From positions 558,001 to 622,000 of the forward strand of contig NC_089430.1 in assembly GCF_026210795.1 (NCBI RefSeq): 64,000 nt of DNA. The letters run 5' to 3'. This document shows positions 12,201-24,879 of this stretch, in pieces; within the stretch, counting starts at the first letter, position 1, and every line of letters begins with the position of its first letter. A model generated the notes under the pieces. That model was given only the letters and a program-made list of their open reading frames with translations. It had not been told where the DNA came from and did no database searches. The translations under genes were made by a program, and so were the position numbers. Origin of the DNA: Rhizophagus irregularis (taxonomy: Eukaryota).

Positions 12201-15200
12201 GCCATTAAGTGCACTTATTTCAAACATAAGAAAAGATATTATAAATAACAGTGAGTAAATTATTATAATTGCATATAAAGTATACAAAGTATAATTACTG
12301 GCTTATTTATGACAACTTTTTATAGATAAACTTATTTACTGGTATGAAAAAGCAGCAGAAAATGGAAATGAAGAAGCACTATTTAATCTTGGATATTGTT
12401 ATGAAAAAGGGATTGGAACTGAAGTTAATGAAATAAAAGCATTTGAATTATACAAATTAGCAGCAGAAAAAGGATATATTATTGCACAAAGTAATCTTGG
12501 AATTTTATATCAATATGGTAAAGGAACAAAAATAGATTTAGACAAAGCTATTTATTGGTATGATAAAGCAGCAGAAAATGGAAATGAAGAAGCACTATTT
12601 AATCTTGGATATTGTTATGAAAAAGGAATTGGAACTGAAATTAATGAATCAAAAGCATTTGAATTATATAAATCAGCAGCAGAAAAAGAATATATTATTG
12701 CACAAAGTAATCTTGGAATTTCATATCAATATGGTAAAGGCATAAAAATGGATTTATACAAAGCTATTTATTGGTATAATAAAGCAGCAGAAAATGGCAA
12801 TAAAGAAGCACTATTTAATCTTGGATATTGTTATGAAAAAGGAATTGGAACTGAAGTTAATGAATTAAAAGCATTTGAATTATATAAATCAGCAGCAGAA
12901 AAAGGACATATTATTGCACAAAATAATCTTGGATATTGTTATAATAAAGGAATTGGAACTGAAGTTAATAAATCAAAAGCATTTGAATTACATAAATTAG
13001 CAGCAGAAAGTGGTGATGAAGTAGTACTATTTAATCTTGGATATTGTTATGAAAAAGGAATTGGAACTGAAGTTAATGAAATAAAAGCATTTGCATTATA
13101 TAAATTAGCAGCAGAAAAAGAATATATTATTGCACAAAATAATCTTGGAATTTCATATCAATATGGTAAAGGAACAAAAATGGATTTAAATAAAGCCATT
13201 TATTGGTATAATAAAGCAGCAAAAAATGAAAATGAGGAAGCATTAATTAATCTTGGATATTGTTATGAAAAAGGAATTGGAATTGAAGTTAATGAAGCAA
13301 AAGCATTTGAATTATATAAATCAGCAGCAGAAAAAGGATATATTATTGCACAAAATAATCTTGGAATTTCATACCAATATGGTAAGGGAACAAAAATGAA
13401 TTTAGACAAAGCCATTTATTGGTATAATAAAGCAGCAGAAAATGGAAATAAAGAAGCACTATTTAATCTTGGATATTGTAATGAAAAAGGAATTGGAACT
13501 AAAGTCAATGAAACAAAAGCATTTGAATTATATAAATTAGCAGTAGAAAAAGGACATATTATTGCACAAAATAATCTTGGATATTGTTATGAAAAAGGAA
13601 TTGGAACTGAAGTTAATGAATCAAAAGCATTTGAATTATATAAATCAGCAGTAGAAAAAGGACATATCATTGCACAAAATAATCTTGGGTATTGTTATAA
13701 AAAAGGAATCGGAACTGAAGTTAATGAATTAAAAGCATTTGAACTACATAAATTAGCAGCAGAAAGTGGTGATGAAGTAACACTATCTAATCTTGGATAT
13801 TGTTATGAAAAAGGAATTGGAACTGAAGTTAATGAATCAAAAGCATTTAAATTATATAATTCAGCAGCAGAAAAAGGATATATTATTGCACAAAATAATC
13901 TTGGAATTTCATACCAATATGGTAAGGGAACAAAAATGAATTTAGACAAAGCCATTTATTGGTATAATAAAGCAGCAGAAAATGGCAATAAAGAAGCACT
14001 ATTTAATCTTGGATATTGTTATGAAAAAGGAATTGGAACTGAAGTTAATAAATCAAAAGCATTTGAATTATATAAATTAGCAGCAGAAAAAGAACATATT
14101 CTTGCACAAAATAATCTTGGAATTTCATATCAATATGGTAAAGGAATAAAAATAGATTTAGATAAAGCTATTTATTGGTATAATAAAGCAGCAGAAAATG
14201 GAAATGAAGAAGCACTATTTAATCTTGGATATTGCTATGAGAAAGGAATTGGAATTAAAGTTAATGAAACAAAAGCATTTGAATTATATAAATCAGCAGC
14301 AGAAAAAGAACATATTCTTGCACAAAATAATCTTGGAATTTCATATCAATATGGTAAAGGAATAAAAATAGATTTAGATAAAGCTATTTATTGGTATAAT
14401 GAAGCAGCAGAAAATGGAAATGAAGAAGCACTATTTAATCTTGGATATTGCTATGAGAAAGGAATTGGAATTAAAGTTAATGAAACAAAAGCATTTGAAT
14501 TATATAAATCAGCAGCAGAAAAAGAACATATTCTTGCACAAAATAATCTTGGAATTTCATATCAATATGGTAAAGGAATAAAAATAGATTTAGATAAAGC
14601 TATTTATTGGTATAATAAAGCAGCAGAAAATGGAATTAAGGAAGCACAATTTAATCTTGGATGTTGTTATGGTAAGGGAATTGGAACTGAAGTTAATAAA
14701 TCAAAAGCATTTGAATTATATAAATTAGCAGCAGAAAATGGACATATTACTGCACAAAATAATCTTGGATATTCATATCAGTATGGTGAAGGAATAGAAA
14801 AGAATTTAAATAAAGCTATTTATTGGTATAATAAAGCAGCAGAAATTGGTAATGAAGTAGCACTATTTAATCTTGGATATTGTTATAAAAAAGGAATTGG
14901 AACTGAAGTTAATAAATCAAAAGCATTTGAATTATATAAATTAGCAGCAGAAAGTGGAAATGAAAAAGCACTATTTAATCTTGGATATTGTTATGAAAAA
15001 GGAATTGGAACTAAAGTTAATGAGACAAAAGCATTTAAATTATATAAATTAGCAGCAGAAAAAAGATATATTATTGCACAAAATAATCTTGGATATTGTT
15101 ATGAAGAAGGAATTGGAACTGAAGTTAATGAAATAAAAGCATTTGAATTATATAAATTAGCAGCAGAAAATGGACATATTACTGCACAAAATAATCTTGG

Positions 15201-15984
15201 ATATGCATATCAGCATGGTAAAGGAATAGAAAAGGATTTAAATAAAGCTATTTATTGGTATAATAAAGCAGCAGAAAATGGACATATTACTGCACAATTT
15301 AATCTTGGATATTGCTATGAAAAAGGAATTGGTACTGAAGCTAATGAAACAAAAGCATTTGAATTATATAAATCATCAGCAGATAAGGGACATATTGTTG
15401 CACAAAATAATCTTGGATATTTATATGATTGTGGTAAAGGAATAAAAATGGATTTAGACAAAGCTTTTTATTGGTATAATAAAGCAGCAGAAAATGGAAT
15501 TAAAGAAGCACAATTTAATCTTGGATGTTGTTATGATAAAGGAATTGGAACTGAAGTTAATAAATCAAAAGCATTTGAATTATATAAATTAGCAGCAGAA
15601 AATGGACATATTACTGCACAAAATAATCTTGGTTATTCATATCAGCATGGTGAAGGAATAGAAAAGAATTTAAATAAAGCTATTTATTGGTATAATAAAG
15701 CAGCAGAAATTGGTAATGAAGTAGCACTATTTAATCTTGGATATTGTTATGAAAAAGGAATTGGAACTAAAGTTAATAAGACAAAAGCATTTGAATTATA
15801 TAAATTAGCAGAAGAAAAAGGATATATTATTGCACAAAATAATCTTGGATATTGTTATGAAGAAGGAATTGGAACTGAAGTTAATGAAATAAAAGCATTA
15901 GAATTATATAAATTAGCAGCAGAAAATGAACATATTACTGCACAAAATAATTTGGATATGCATATCAGCATGGTAAAGGAATAG
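9276..15984 (+). CDS. Multi-exon Cys-rich / TKL-like protein kinase / ~33 Sel1-like repeat protein (~2000 aa predicted; possibly pseudogenising)
   Basis: Predicted exons: 9276-10322, 10388-10584, 10657-11264, (11342-11399), 11466-11512, 11572-11623, 11689-11729, 11791-11845, 11914-11954, 12013-12061, 12147-12250, 12326-15984; the frame is maintained throughout. Kinase motifs are EGGFG, VAVK, HRDIHSGN, GDLG and YVAPE. The 36-aa repeats read [14 protein letters not shown]...KAFELYKLAAE. Confidence 0.85.
11342..12061 (+). repeat. Tandem duplication of a two-micro-exon/two-intron module (~222 bp, about 3.5 copies)
   Basis: Exons encoding ISNDLDFDIDM and SKLISKSLKSSSLK repeat together with their conserved intron sequences. 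Confidence 0.85.
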
Positions 15985-16010
15985 AAAAGGATTTAAATAA
16001 AGCTATTTAT
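12326..16010 (+). repeat. 108-bp Sel1-like coding tandem array with high nucleotide identity
   Basis: 108-nt periodicity; near-exact 216-nt blocks around 14070-14630; ~14600-15260 resembles ~15460-16010. Confidence 0.95.
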
Positions 16011-16797
16011 CATTAGAAGTTTAAATAGGGTGTGAATTTGCGAAACTATACACATATAAAACAACATGTTGAATCACTCCTATGACGGGTGCTGCAAATT
16101 TGCGAATATTATTTAATAATGAAAATTCTTGCAACAAAAAATTCCATATTTTTTAATAAAATTAATTTCAATTTATTTTACATACCTTGAGAACCAAACC
16201 AAATACCTTATCACTAATATACCATAGCTTACGACCTAACCACTATACTATTTAAATTTTTTTTTAATTTTATATATTATATTTTATATTTAGTATTCTA
16301 ATTTATATAATAAAAATTAGGTTTAAATTACATATAATCATGTATTTACACAATTTTTTAAGGTGTAAATTGCCAAAATTTTCTATTTATATAAAATACA
16401 TATAAGTTTTTAAAATACAAATTACTAAGAGTATTTTGATCAATATATTTATATGTAAATTACTCAAATTGTGTATTTACACAATTTTTTGAAGTGTAAA
16501 TTACTTAAAATACCCATTTGTATGATTTCACGTAAACTCTTGACAATTAAAATTACTGAAACTATGATTTCATGTGTAAACTACATGAAATTGTGTATTC
16601 ACGCTTTTTTTCAAAATTGCAAAATACTGAAAATACCTATTTATGTGATTTTATATAAACTTTGATTACTGAAACTATGTTCTAAGGTGTAAATTACACA
16701 TAATTGATATTTACACTTTTTTTTAAGGTGTAGATTTTCGGTATTACACATATTTGATAAATCTACACATATAATCACACAATTTAATCTCCTGATG
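16011..16797. mobile_element. Non-autonomous TIR element inserted in the Sel1 array, 2-bp TSD AT
   Basis: Termini CATTAGAAGTTTAAAT / ATTTAATCTCCTGATG. Removing the element plus one AT restores the repeat sequence GCTATTTATTGGTATAAT. Confidence 0.85.
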
Positions 16798-17070
16798 ATT
16801 GGTATAATAAAGCAGCAGAAAGTGGTAATGAAGTAGTATGTTTAACCTTGGATATTGTTATGAAAAAAGAATTGGAACTAAAATTAATGAAACAAGAGCA
16901 TTTAAATTATATAAAATGGCAGCAGAAAAAGATTATTTAAATGCACAATATTAACTAGGATATTGTTATGAAAAAAAAATTGGAACTGAATTTAATGAAA
17001 CAAGAGCATTTGAATTATATAAATCAGCAGCAGAAAAAGGATATTTTATTGCATATACCAATTTATGTTG
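16798..17070 (+). pseudogene. Orphaned, decayed 3' Sel1 repeats of the kinase gene
   Basis: WYNKAAE...LGYCYEK repeats continue after the insertion, with a small deletion and an in-frame TAA. Confidence 0.85.
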
Positions 17071-17394
17071 AAAGATATCCAATCTTTCTGAAAGGACCAA
17101 TCAAACTGCCCCTAATTCATTATTTTGATAAAAATTGCTAATGCTAAATACTGAAATAATAATAATAATGAATACTCCATATTATTTGTGTACCAAAATA
17201 TTAAAATTATAGCAAAAATCACTAAAAATATATAATAAATTTTTCTGGGGTAATCAAGTCATCCCAGATCCTCTTCTTAGACTTTTTTCTTTATCATTTT
17301 TTTTTTCACTTTATTGTTATTTTTTTATTTATTATTATTTTGTTTTTTTGCCAATTTCATTATCATTGTTGTTAATATTATATTTTGACTATAA

Positions 17395-17537
17395 CAGTGT
17401 TGGCAAATGACCTTGAAATGACCTTTAAATGACCTGATTACGTCATGATTTTACTATGAATATTTCACGTGATCATATACGAAATGACCTAAGGTCATTT
17501 CAAAAAAGTGAAATGACCTCAAAATTTGCCAACACTG
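17395..17537. mobile_element. hAT-type MITE, TIR CAGTGTTGGCAAAT
   Basis: Perfect 14-bp TIR; flanks GACTATAA / GACTATAT (7 of 8 match). Confidence 0.85.
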
Positions 17538-19717
17538 GACTATATTGTTTCCTTAAACATAGATACTAATCACTCATTAAATTATTAATATTGTCAAGAT
17601 TATCCTGAGATAAAGTTCTTGATGTTAAATGCATTTCTAGTTAAACATTAATATCATATTGAAACAATAAATTTGAGGTTTAATTATGACTAGTTATCAC
17701 TAAATTTCCAGGCAGGTCGGCAACCATTATTGGACATATGTCCACTAACTGTCCATTGACAGACCCTCTGTAGGTTGGATGTTATATTATGTACATCCAT
17801 AAACCGTCAATTTCAGGTATATGGACGTTTGATCTGTTGAAAAAATTATTTAATATTAAATATTTTAATAATATTTAATGTATAAGACTAATTTTAACCC
17901 CAGTGATTTAACCAGGGTGATTTAACCTGGTAATTTTTAGGATAATTTAACTGGGTGATTTAATCTAGTAATTACATAATAATGTAATATTTCACGAGTT
18001 ATTTGTTTATTTGCCATAACAACGCATTTCTTTCTTTTTCCCCTCCTTCCTTTTTTATTTTTATTACTTTTTTTCTCTTTCTCTAGGTGGGTTTCTCGTA
18101 TGTCTTTTTATATTCCTTTCGATACTTCCTTCTTCCCTTCATTTCTGGTCTTTTACTCTTCTTTCAACATCAACATTTTGAACTTTAACCTTTTAACATG
18201 GCATGTTTTTATTAGCTTTATTTATTTGTTTTTGTTACTTACTAATTAACTATTTTCCTCTTTTTTTTGTAGGTTCTTTGGCATCTTACTAAATGGTAAG
18301 TTTTGGGTTTTTTTTTAGAATTTTGTAAACCTATTTTCTTTACAGAACTAACCAGTCCTTTTTTTTTCTTTTTTGGTTGGGGTTTCTTCTTGTGTTTCTT
18401 CTTGGATTTCTTTCTGGGTTTTCTCTTATGTTTTTCTTGGGTTTCTTTTTACTCGGATTTCTTCTTGGATTTCGGTTGGACTCTTTTTGGATTTCTTTCT
18501 GGGTTTCGGTTTGTTCTTTTCTCTTTTTGGTTGGGGTTTTTTTTGGTTGGATTTTCTGCTCTTTTTCTGTTCCCTTTCTCCTTTTCTTTTCCCCTATTCT
18601 TTTTTTATTCCCTCCCTTTTTCTTGTTCTTTTTTGTTTTCCCTCCTTTTTTCGTTGTTCTCTTTGTTTCTCCTCCTTTTTAATTGTTCTCTTTAATCCTC
18701 TTTTTTTTTTCTTTCTCGTTCTGTTCATTCCCTATTGTTTGTCATCTTTTTTTCATTTATTATTATCTTTTCATCTCCCATTATTTTCCACTTTATTTTG
18801 ATTTCTACCGTTCTTCTTCATCTTTTCATTTCTTATCATCTTTTTCAACTACAATCATTATTCCATTCATCACCTTTCATCTACTATTTTTTCCATCTTT
18901 TTTGCCCCTTATGATTTTTTATTATTTCACATTTCAGAAATCCATAAACCAAATTCTGTAAAAAAAAACTGGTTTTACCTACTTCAAATAAATATTCCTG
19001 GATCTTATATTTGTGTAAATTCATATTAACAGTCTTTTTGTCTCAAATTCATGTTTCTTGATTTTTGTTATTATTGAAGCTTAATTATTCTTAATGTATT
19101 TCTAGATTTTTATTTGTGTTTCTTAATAACTTATGAAAGAAATCTTTATTGTTAAAAATCTACATTTTATTGTAAAAATAAATCATTTTTAAAAGAAATA
19201 AAAGAAAGAAATTTTTATTCAACTTTTTTTTTTAAAAAAAGATTATCAGTTATAATACGATGGAATATAAATTTTGCTAATTAGCCAATCACACAATCAC
19301 GATTTAATTTAGGATGAGAAATAACCAGCATTAATTGAAATAAATTCATCCAATTAAAAATGGGGTGGTGATTTAACCTGGGTTATTTAACCCGGGCAAG
19401 TTAAATTTTAATATAAAATAAAAAATTTTTTTATAATGAGGAGTGATTTAACCCGGGGGCAAGTTAGCAAAACTCATATTTAGGGTTGTGAGAGTTACAT
19501 TACATAGGTTACAATACATGTAACTTATGTTGTAAATTACATCGACCCCTTATAACTTACATCTTATATAATATTATAAAATCGATTCCTATTGGTACAA
19601 AATTAGCATATCATGTGATCAAAATTTCCTAAATAAAATTCATGAAACGAAACACTTTATCTACTTTATTTATTTTTTCAAGAAATTAATTACATTTACA
19701 ATATTATATTTAAAAAA

Positions 19718-21963
19718 TTAATCTTGAAATTCATTTAATTCTTCATCCAATAATCCTTCCAAATCTGAATAGGATTGAAAATCTAAATCAGAAAAATCAG
19801 ATTTAACATCAATTTCTTGTAGAGTTTGAAATTGATTAAGGTTAATCGATTAATTAATCGACTAAGACGGTTAATCGATTAAGGTATCTCAAAAATCGGT
19901 TAATCAATTAAAATTATCAACCCATAATTCTGGTCAAATTATCTAATGCGGCCCAGAGCTGTGAATTTTGGTCACGTGTTCTCCGAACTTGGAAGAATTT
20001 GTATTAATTTTTTAATGATAATAATAATAAATAAGACTTTCCTATAACTAAATGTATGATCAAAAACAATTTGGGGCAATCTGCGGTCAAAAAAAAAAAA
20101 TTTTTTAATATTTTAATATTAATCGATTATTAATCGATTAGGGCCCTTGGTTAATCGATTATTAATCGATTAAGGTTTTTTTGGTCGGTTCTAACCTCTA
20201 ATTTCTTGTTCATTATTACCTTTGGCAGCTTCTCTTATAGCTTTCTTTTGCAATACTTTCTCAACCCAGCTCTCTATAGTAAGTGCCTTTTCTAATGAAC
20301 GTAATATCCGCAGATTCCAAAACATATAAACAATTTTTTCTACCCGCTTTTTATGCAATTTATTTCGTAACTTTGAATGAATAAATCCAAATGTAGACCA
20401 ATTTCTCTCACTGGCTGCTGAAGTTGCAGGTATGAAAAGTATCTGAATGGCTATATCACTAAGAATTGGATATCTTCCTTTCATTAAATTCCACCAGTTA
20501 ACGGATTTTTGAATTACATCTCCCCACAAATGGCTATGCGCAAAACTTCCTGTTTTCCTAACATATTCAGCAAGTTCTGTTAAAACTATATCCTTATATT
20601 CTTCCCCTACTAAACTTAAAATTTCCTTTTCAATAATAGGATCAAATATGCGTGCATTAAGCCGACTACCACAATATCGTAGATCTAATTTATAAGCAAC
20701 AATGACAACTGGATTGTATAAGAAGTTTTGCCACCGATTTGTGCCAAATTTTTTAACTTCTTCACGAATATTTTCAGGTAAATCAGTATTATTTCGCACA
20801 TGTGCTTTAAGTTGCTGATATTCAAAATATGCAGTAGAAAGAAATGTTTCATCTCCTTCTAATTTTTTAATAAAAATAGCAAAATTTTCTAAAAAATTTT
20901 GAATTTTCCCAAGATTATTCCAAAAAGTATCACTAGAAATAAGTGACTTCATTCTATCATCAAGATTAAGATGATCCTCAGCAATAGTAGATCGAATAGC
21001 TGATTTTGTAAGGAATAACTGGTTAATACAAGAATATGAAGATCTCTATCGTGTATCGCAAGGTAAAATCAATGCGATTTCCTTTCCATATTTTTCTTTT
21101 TGTAAGCGTCAAAGTGCAGCAAGTATTACTTGGTGATTACGAAAGTAAATTGATAATTTTTTGGCTTTTTCTATTATTTCCTTTATCCATTCAATACTTA
21201 TAATATCTTTCATCCATAAATGAATACCATGCGCCCAACAGCCAAGAAAGATTTTTTTGGGATATTTTTGTTTTAAGATCTTCCAAGCAGCCTTCATGTT
21301 TGACGCATTGTCTGTGATTATTGCACCAAATTTATTAATACCAGCATCTTTCATAGTAGTTTCAAGTCCTAGTGCAATATTCTCTGCAGTATGACGTTCT
21401 TCCTTAAAAGCAGTTGCTTTAAAAAATAATGGTTTTGGCGTTGAGATCATACAGTTTACAATAGAAGTTTTTTGAATATTTGACCATCCATCGCTAATTA
21501 AACAATATGTAGGACTTTCAGATAATGCTGAATTAACAACTAATTCTAAATGTTCAAATTCTTGATCTAAAAGAGTGTTTGAAAGAGTAAAATGTGAAGG
21601 AATCTTAAAAGAAGGGCAGGCTTTTTTTAAGAATAAAATAAAATCTTCATTTTCAATTACATTAAATGAAATACCCACTGAGCAAAAAGCCCGTATAAGA
21701 AGACTTTCTAAAATAATCTGATCTTTGGAAGTAAAAGCAAATTTGTATTCGTCAAATGTTTGCTGTCTTTTACATTTAGTACCTTGAGGTTGTAAAGTTT
21801 CAGTTTCTACATTTATATCTTTGCATTTTTTGATATGTTCTTTAAGACGAGAAGTATTTTTAGACCATGTACCAGAACAAGTTTTACATGCATATTTTTC
21901 TTTTTCATTAGAATCAACAGTAACTTCATACTCAGACCAAAAATTTCCTCTTATTTTCGGCAT
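19718..21963 (-). pseudogene. hAT transposase with BED finger and C-terminal dimerisation domain, inactivated
   Basis: Motifs FW...ACKTC...LKEHIKKC, ISDGWS, ITDNASNM, CWAH and PATSAASERNWS. Premature TGA at 21109-21111, and TRW changed to TR*. The C-terminus (QEIDVKSD...EFQD*) resumes beyond the MITE and stops at 19718. Confidence 0.93.
19820..20200. mobile_element. hAT-type MITE nested in the transposase, 8-bp TSD ATTTCTTG
   Basis: TAGAG...CTCTA termini, TAATCGATTA palindromic subterminal repeats and identical 8-bp flanks. Confidence 0.92.
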
Positions 21964-22289
21964 AATAAAATGGGTTAAACTTGAAGAAAAAAGATTTCGT
22001 GTAGCGTTGCTCAATTGATGATCAATTTGATCACTTTTTATTATTCAAATCACATTTTAGTAAATCATTAAATCAATTTAAAAATCAGAAATTCAGAATC
22101 AATCTAATGTTATAATTGTTATAATTTTACTTACAAGCTTAAGATTCCGAATTATTCCGATATTTTTTCCAAAACCTTCCGATGTAAGTTACATGTAACT
22201 TACAAAACTTAAAATGTAACTTACATCAAAATTTTTTAAGATACCGTAATTTTACAACCCTACTCATATTTAATATATATAAACTTATA

Positions 22290-22362
22290 CTTACCTTAGG
22301 AATCGAACCTAAAACCTGAGGTACTTATTTTTTGTTATCTAATCACTTAAACTATTTAAACT
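22290..22362 (-). pseudogene. tRNA-like relic (T-arm and degenerate A box)
   Basis: The minus strand has TTAGG-TTCGATT-CCTAA (5-bp stem, 7-nt T loop, B box) and an upstream TAGTTTAAGTGATTAGA. No convincing anticodon arm. Confidence 0.45.
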
Positions 22363-23024
22363 TTTAATTTATAATATATATGTTTTTGACTTATTTAAGT
22401 TGAAACCATTAAGCTAATACTAATAAAAATGATGATCCCTTTAAAATTTCGGTTATAAGACAGTATTGTCTGGTTACTGTGCGAAATCATGATAATTATA
22501 CTGATTAATAAGTTAATAGTCCATTAACAGTTATTGGACACATTTTTCATTAATTTTACATAAAAATCTTAATGTAAAATTTACGATTTTGACCGGGAAT
22601 AGTCACTGGACTACCTAATAATTTAGTGATGTAAAAATCTGTATTAAAAACACAAGAAAATTCCAAAATATTGTCATGTAACCATCATGTGCATTGATCG
22701 ATATTAAGGTTGCTTGCCGAAACTAGAGGGTTTTGGCAGAATGGCGTACGTGAAACTGCCAAAACTAGTTTCACAAAATCATCAAGAAATGCCGAAATTG
22801 CGAAACCTATCAAAATCGTGAAACTGCTGTAACTTGCCAAAACTGTTTCAGCGTTTCGGCAATACTTTCTATATGATTTAATTAGAGTTTCGGCATTTAA
22901 ACAATTTATAAGAATAAAGACAATGTGATTTTTTGTATGTAAATATTTATTTTATAATATTTAATATTAAACTAATAAAATATACGATTAAAAATATAAT
23001 AAAAATTAAAATTTAATAATATCT

Positions 23025-23675
23025 TTATCTTCTATGTAGGGACCTGCTTCTACCTCTTCTTCTATCTCTACTTCTGTTCCGTCTTCTATCTCTACTTCTA
23101 TCTCGTCTTCTATCTCTACTTCTTGATTTACTTCTTGATCGAGACCTAGATCGCGACCTTCTTCTTTCCCTTCACAATCTATATTCATATCAATGTCGAT
23201 CATGCGCAGCATACTTCCGTCGATACTCTCATCTAAACAGATCTAAAATCCAATAAAAATATTAATGAATTGAATGAATTGCCTAAATAAAATTAATTTA
23301 AAATAATAATTAATAATAATTACTGGTTTGTAACCAGAATTTATCGTTCATATCAGCAAAACACGCTCTATCAAAACTATTTGGGCTTATAATAGGAATG
23401 TCGTCATTATTATTATTTATTATCCTACTGAAATTTTCATAACCTCGTTTGAGGGCATTCCATTTTGTTTGGCATTGCCTGGGTGTCGCTGCAAATCCTG
23501 TTGCAACAAACATCCTATTTGCTATTATTGTTCATGCATTTACATGATGACGGTTTGCAATTCTTTCGAATTGCTAATGTAAGTTTCTTCGTTCCATGAT
23601 TAATTGCCTAGCTGCGTTAATCGTCCATTGGAATACTGGTGGTGGCGGTGGGACAAAAGGTACTAATGCTGCTAT
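23025..23675 (-). pseudogene. Myb/SANT-like (trihelix) domain protein with RS/RD-rich tail
   Basis: Translation: WTINAARQLIMERR...NA*TIIANRM...TPRQCQTKWNALKRGY. One intron, then RSRSRSRSKSRSRDRRRDRS. The start is ATA and there are several TAG/TGA stops. Confidence 0.75.
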
Positions 23676-24264
23676 TTTTTATTTTTATAATTTTTTCGTA
23701 ACTTGAAAATTAAATACAATTTGAAAATTAAAATACAATTTGGTTTTGAATTGCGAAAAAGAAATTCAAATTTCATAATATTTATAATAATTTTAAAATT
23801 CGTTATAATGTTTAAAACATGAACTGATGAAAATAATAACATTTTACATAATTAAAGTATTTGTAACAAAATAAACACAGTTTTGATTCTAATGTAATAA
23901 ATTTAATTAACGCAGTTCTAAATTTTTTTTTGTAACGCAGTTCTTAAAATTTATTGATCTAATGTAATAAATTTAATTAACGAAGTCCTTAAAACTTATT
24001 GATTCTAATATAATATGCTTATCCTTATTCCTTAATTAAATTGCACTATTTTTAAAATATAATATGCTTATCCTTGAATATATAAGGATTTTTTATATGG
24101 AATCTTTAAAGAATCTTTAAGGATCTGTAAACTTATAGATTCCTTAAGGGTATTTTACAAATCAGTATAGATTTTTAAAGAATCCATAAAATTACAGATC
24201 CTTAAGGATTCTAAAGCAATTTATGGAATCTTTAAGGATCCATATTCCAAAAAATTTACTGATG

Positions 24265-24710
24265 ATCGAATTAAAGGCCTTAGAAATGTCTTGAGAAACA
24301 ATCCATAATTCTTGGTCATCAATTTTATTAAAATGGCGCTGGTGAACAATAGCATCAAGCATCTTAATAGGAATGTCAGTACAACCGCCTGGCAATCCAG
24401 CAAAATTACCACTTTAGAGCACTTGATTATCAGTTAGGATTTTTGAAAGTCAAGTTGTAATGACCTTAACCACACATTTTCGTATAGTTCTAACAAAGTG
24501 ATAGGTCACGTATTCTTTAATTAAGCGTCAAATTCATGAGGCCTTGGAATAGAATAAACAAATACTTCACGCCAATCAGCAGGAATATCACCATGATGAA
24601 TTAGACAAGCATTAGCTAAAACAGGGGACAAATTGAAAGCTTCTCCAGTTAAGTGTTTGAGCATCTCATAAGAGATCTTAGAAGGGCCAGAGGCTTTATT
24701 ATTAGACATA
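24265..24710 (-). pseudogene. LINE reverse transcriptase fragment (3' part)
   Basis: NNKASGPSKISYEMLK, IPADW, GNFAGLPGG and QDISKAFNS motifs, with frameshifts. Confidence 0.9.
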
Positions 24711-24879
24711 CTTTGCTGAAACTTGGAGTTTACAATCGATATTGATTAGATATCGCAATGATATCATTACGATATCATTACGATATTTTGATAAAAAATA
24801 GATTCAACATCGTTAAGTTAGTCGTATCTGTATTTAATCGACATTGATTAGTTCTATATCTCTGCGATATCGCTGCGAT

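Larger units (their letters stand above)
19481..22262 (-). mobile_element. hAT transposon, full length, 8-bp TSD CTCATATT
   Basis: TAGGGTTGT...ACAACCCTA termini, identical 8-bp flanks, TTACAT subterminal repeats and an internal transposase. Confidence 0.95.
17698..22628. mobile_element. Non-autonomous CACTA element, 2-bp TSD AT, hosting a hAT insertion
   Basis: CACTAAATT at 17698 and AATTTAGTG ending at 22628, with the imperfect TIR extending about 30 bp. GTCCA/TGGAC subterminal motifs occur at both ends, and AT flanks both sides. Confidence 0.75.

Noticed and set aside
12560..14581. 60-aa ORFs MIKQQKMEM / MKQQKMEM
   Set aside because: Out-of-frame shadows of the Sel1 repeats.
18000..18961. 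Overlapping F/L/S-rich ORFs as membrane proteins
   Set aside because: T-rich low-complexity DNA that is open in several frames. The same applies to ORFs at 2058-2972, 5942-6374, 25919-26217 and 43616-45605.
22705..22890. Possible MITE with GCCGAAAC inverted repeats
   Set aside because: Inverted motifs are visible, but I could not fix termini or a TSD.
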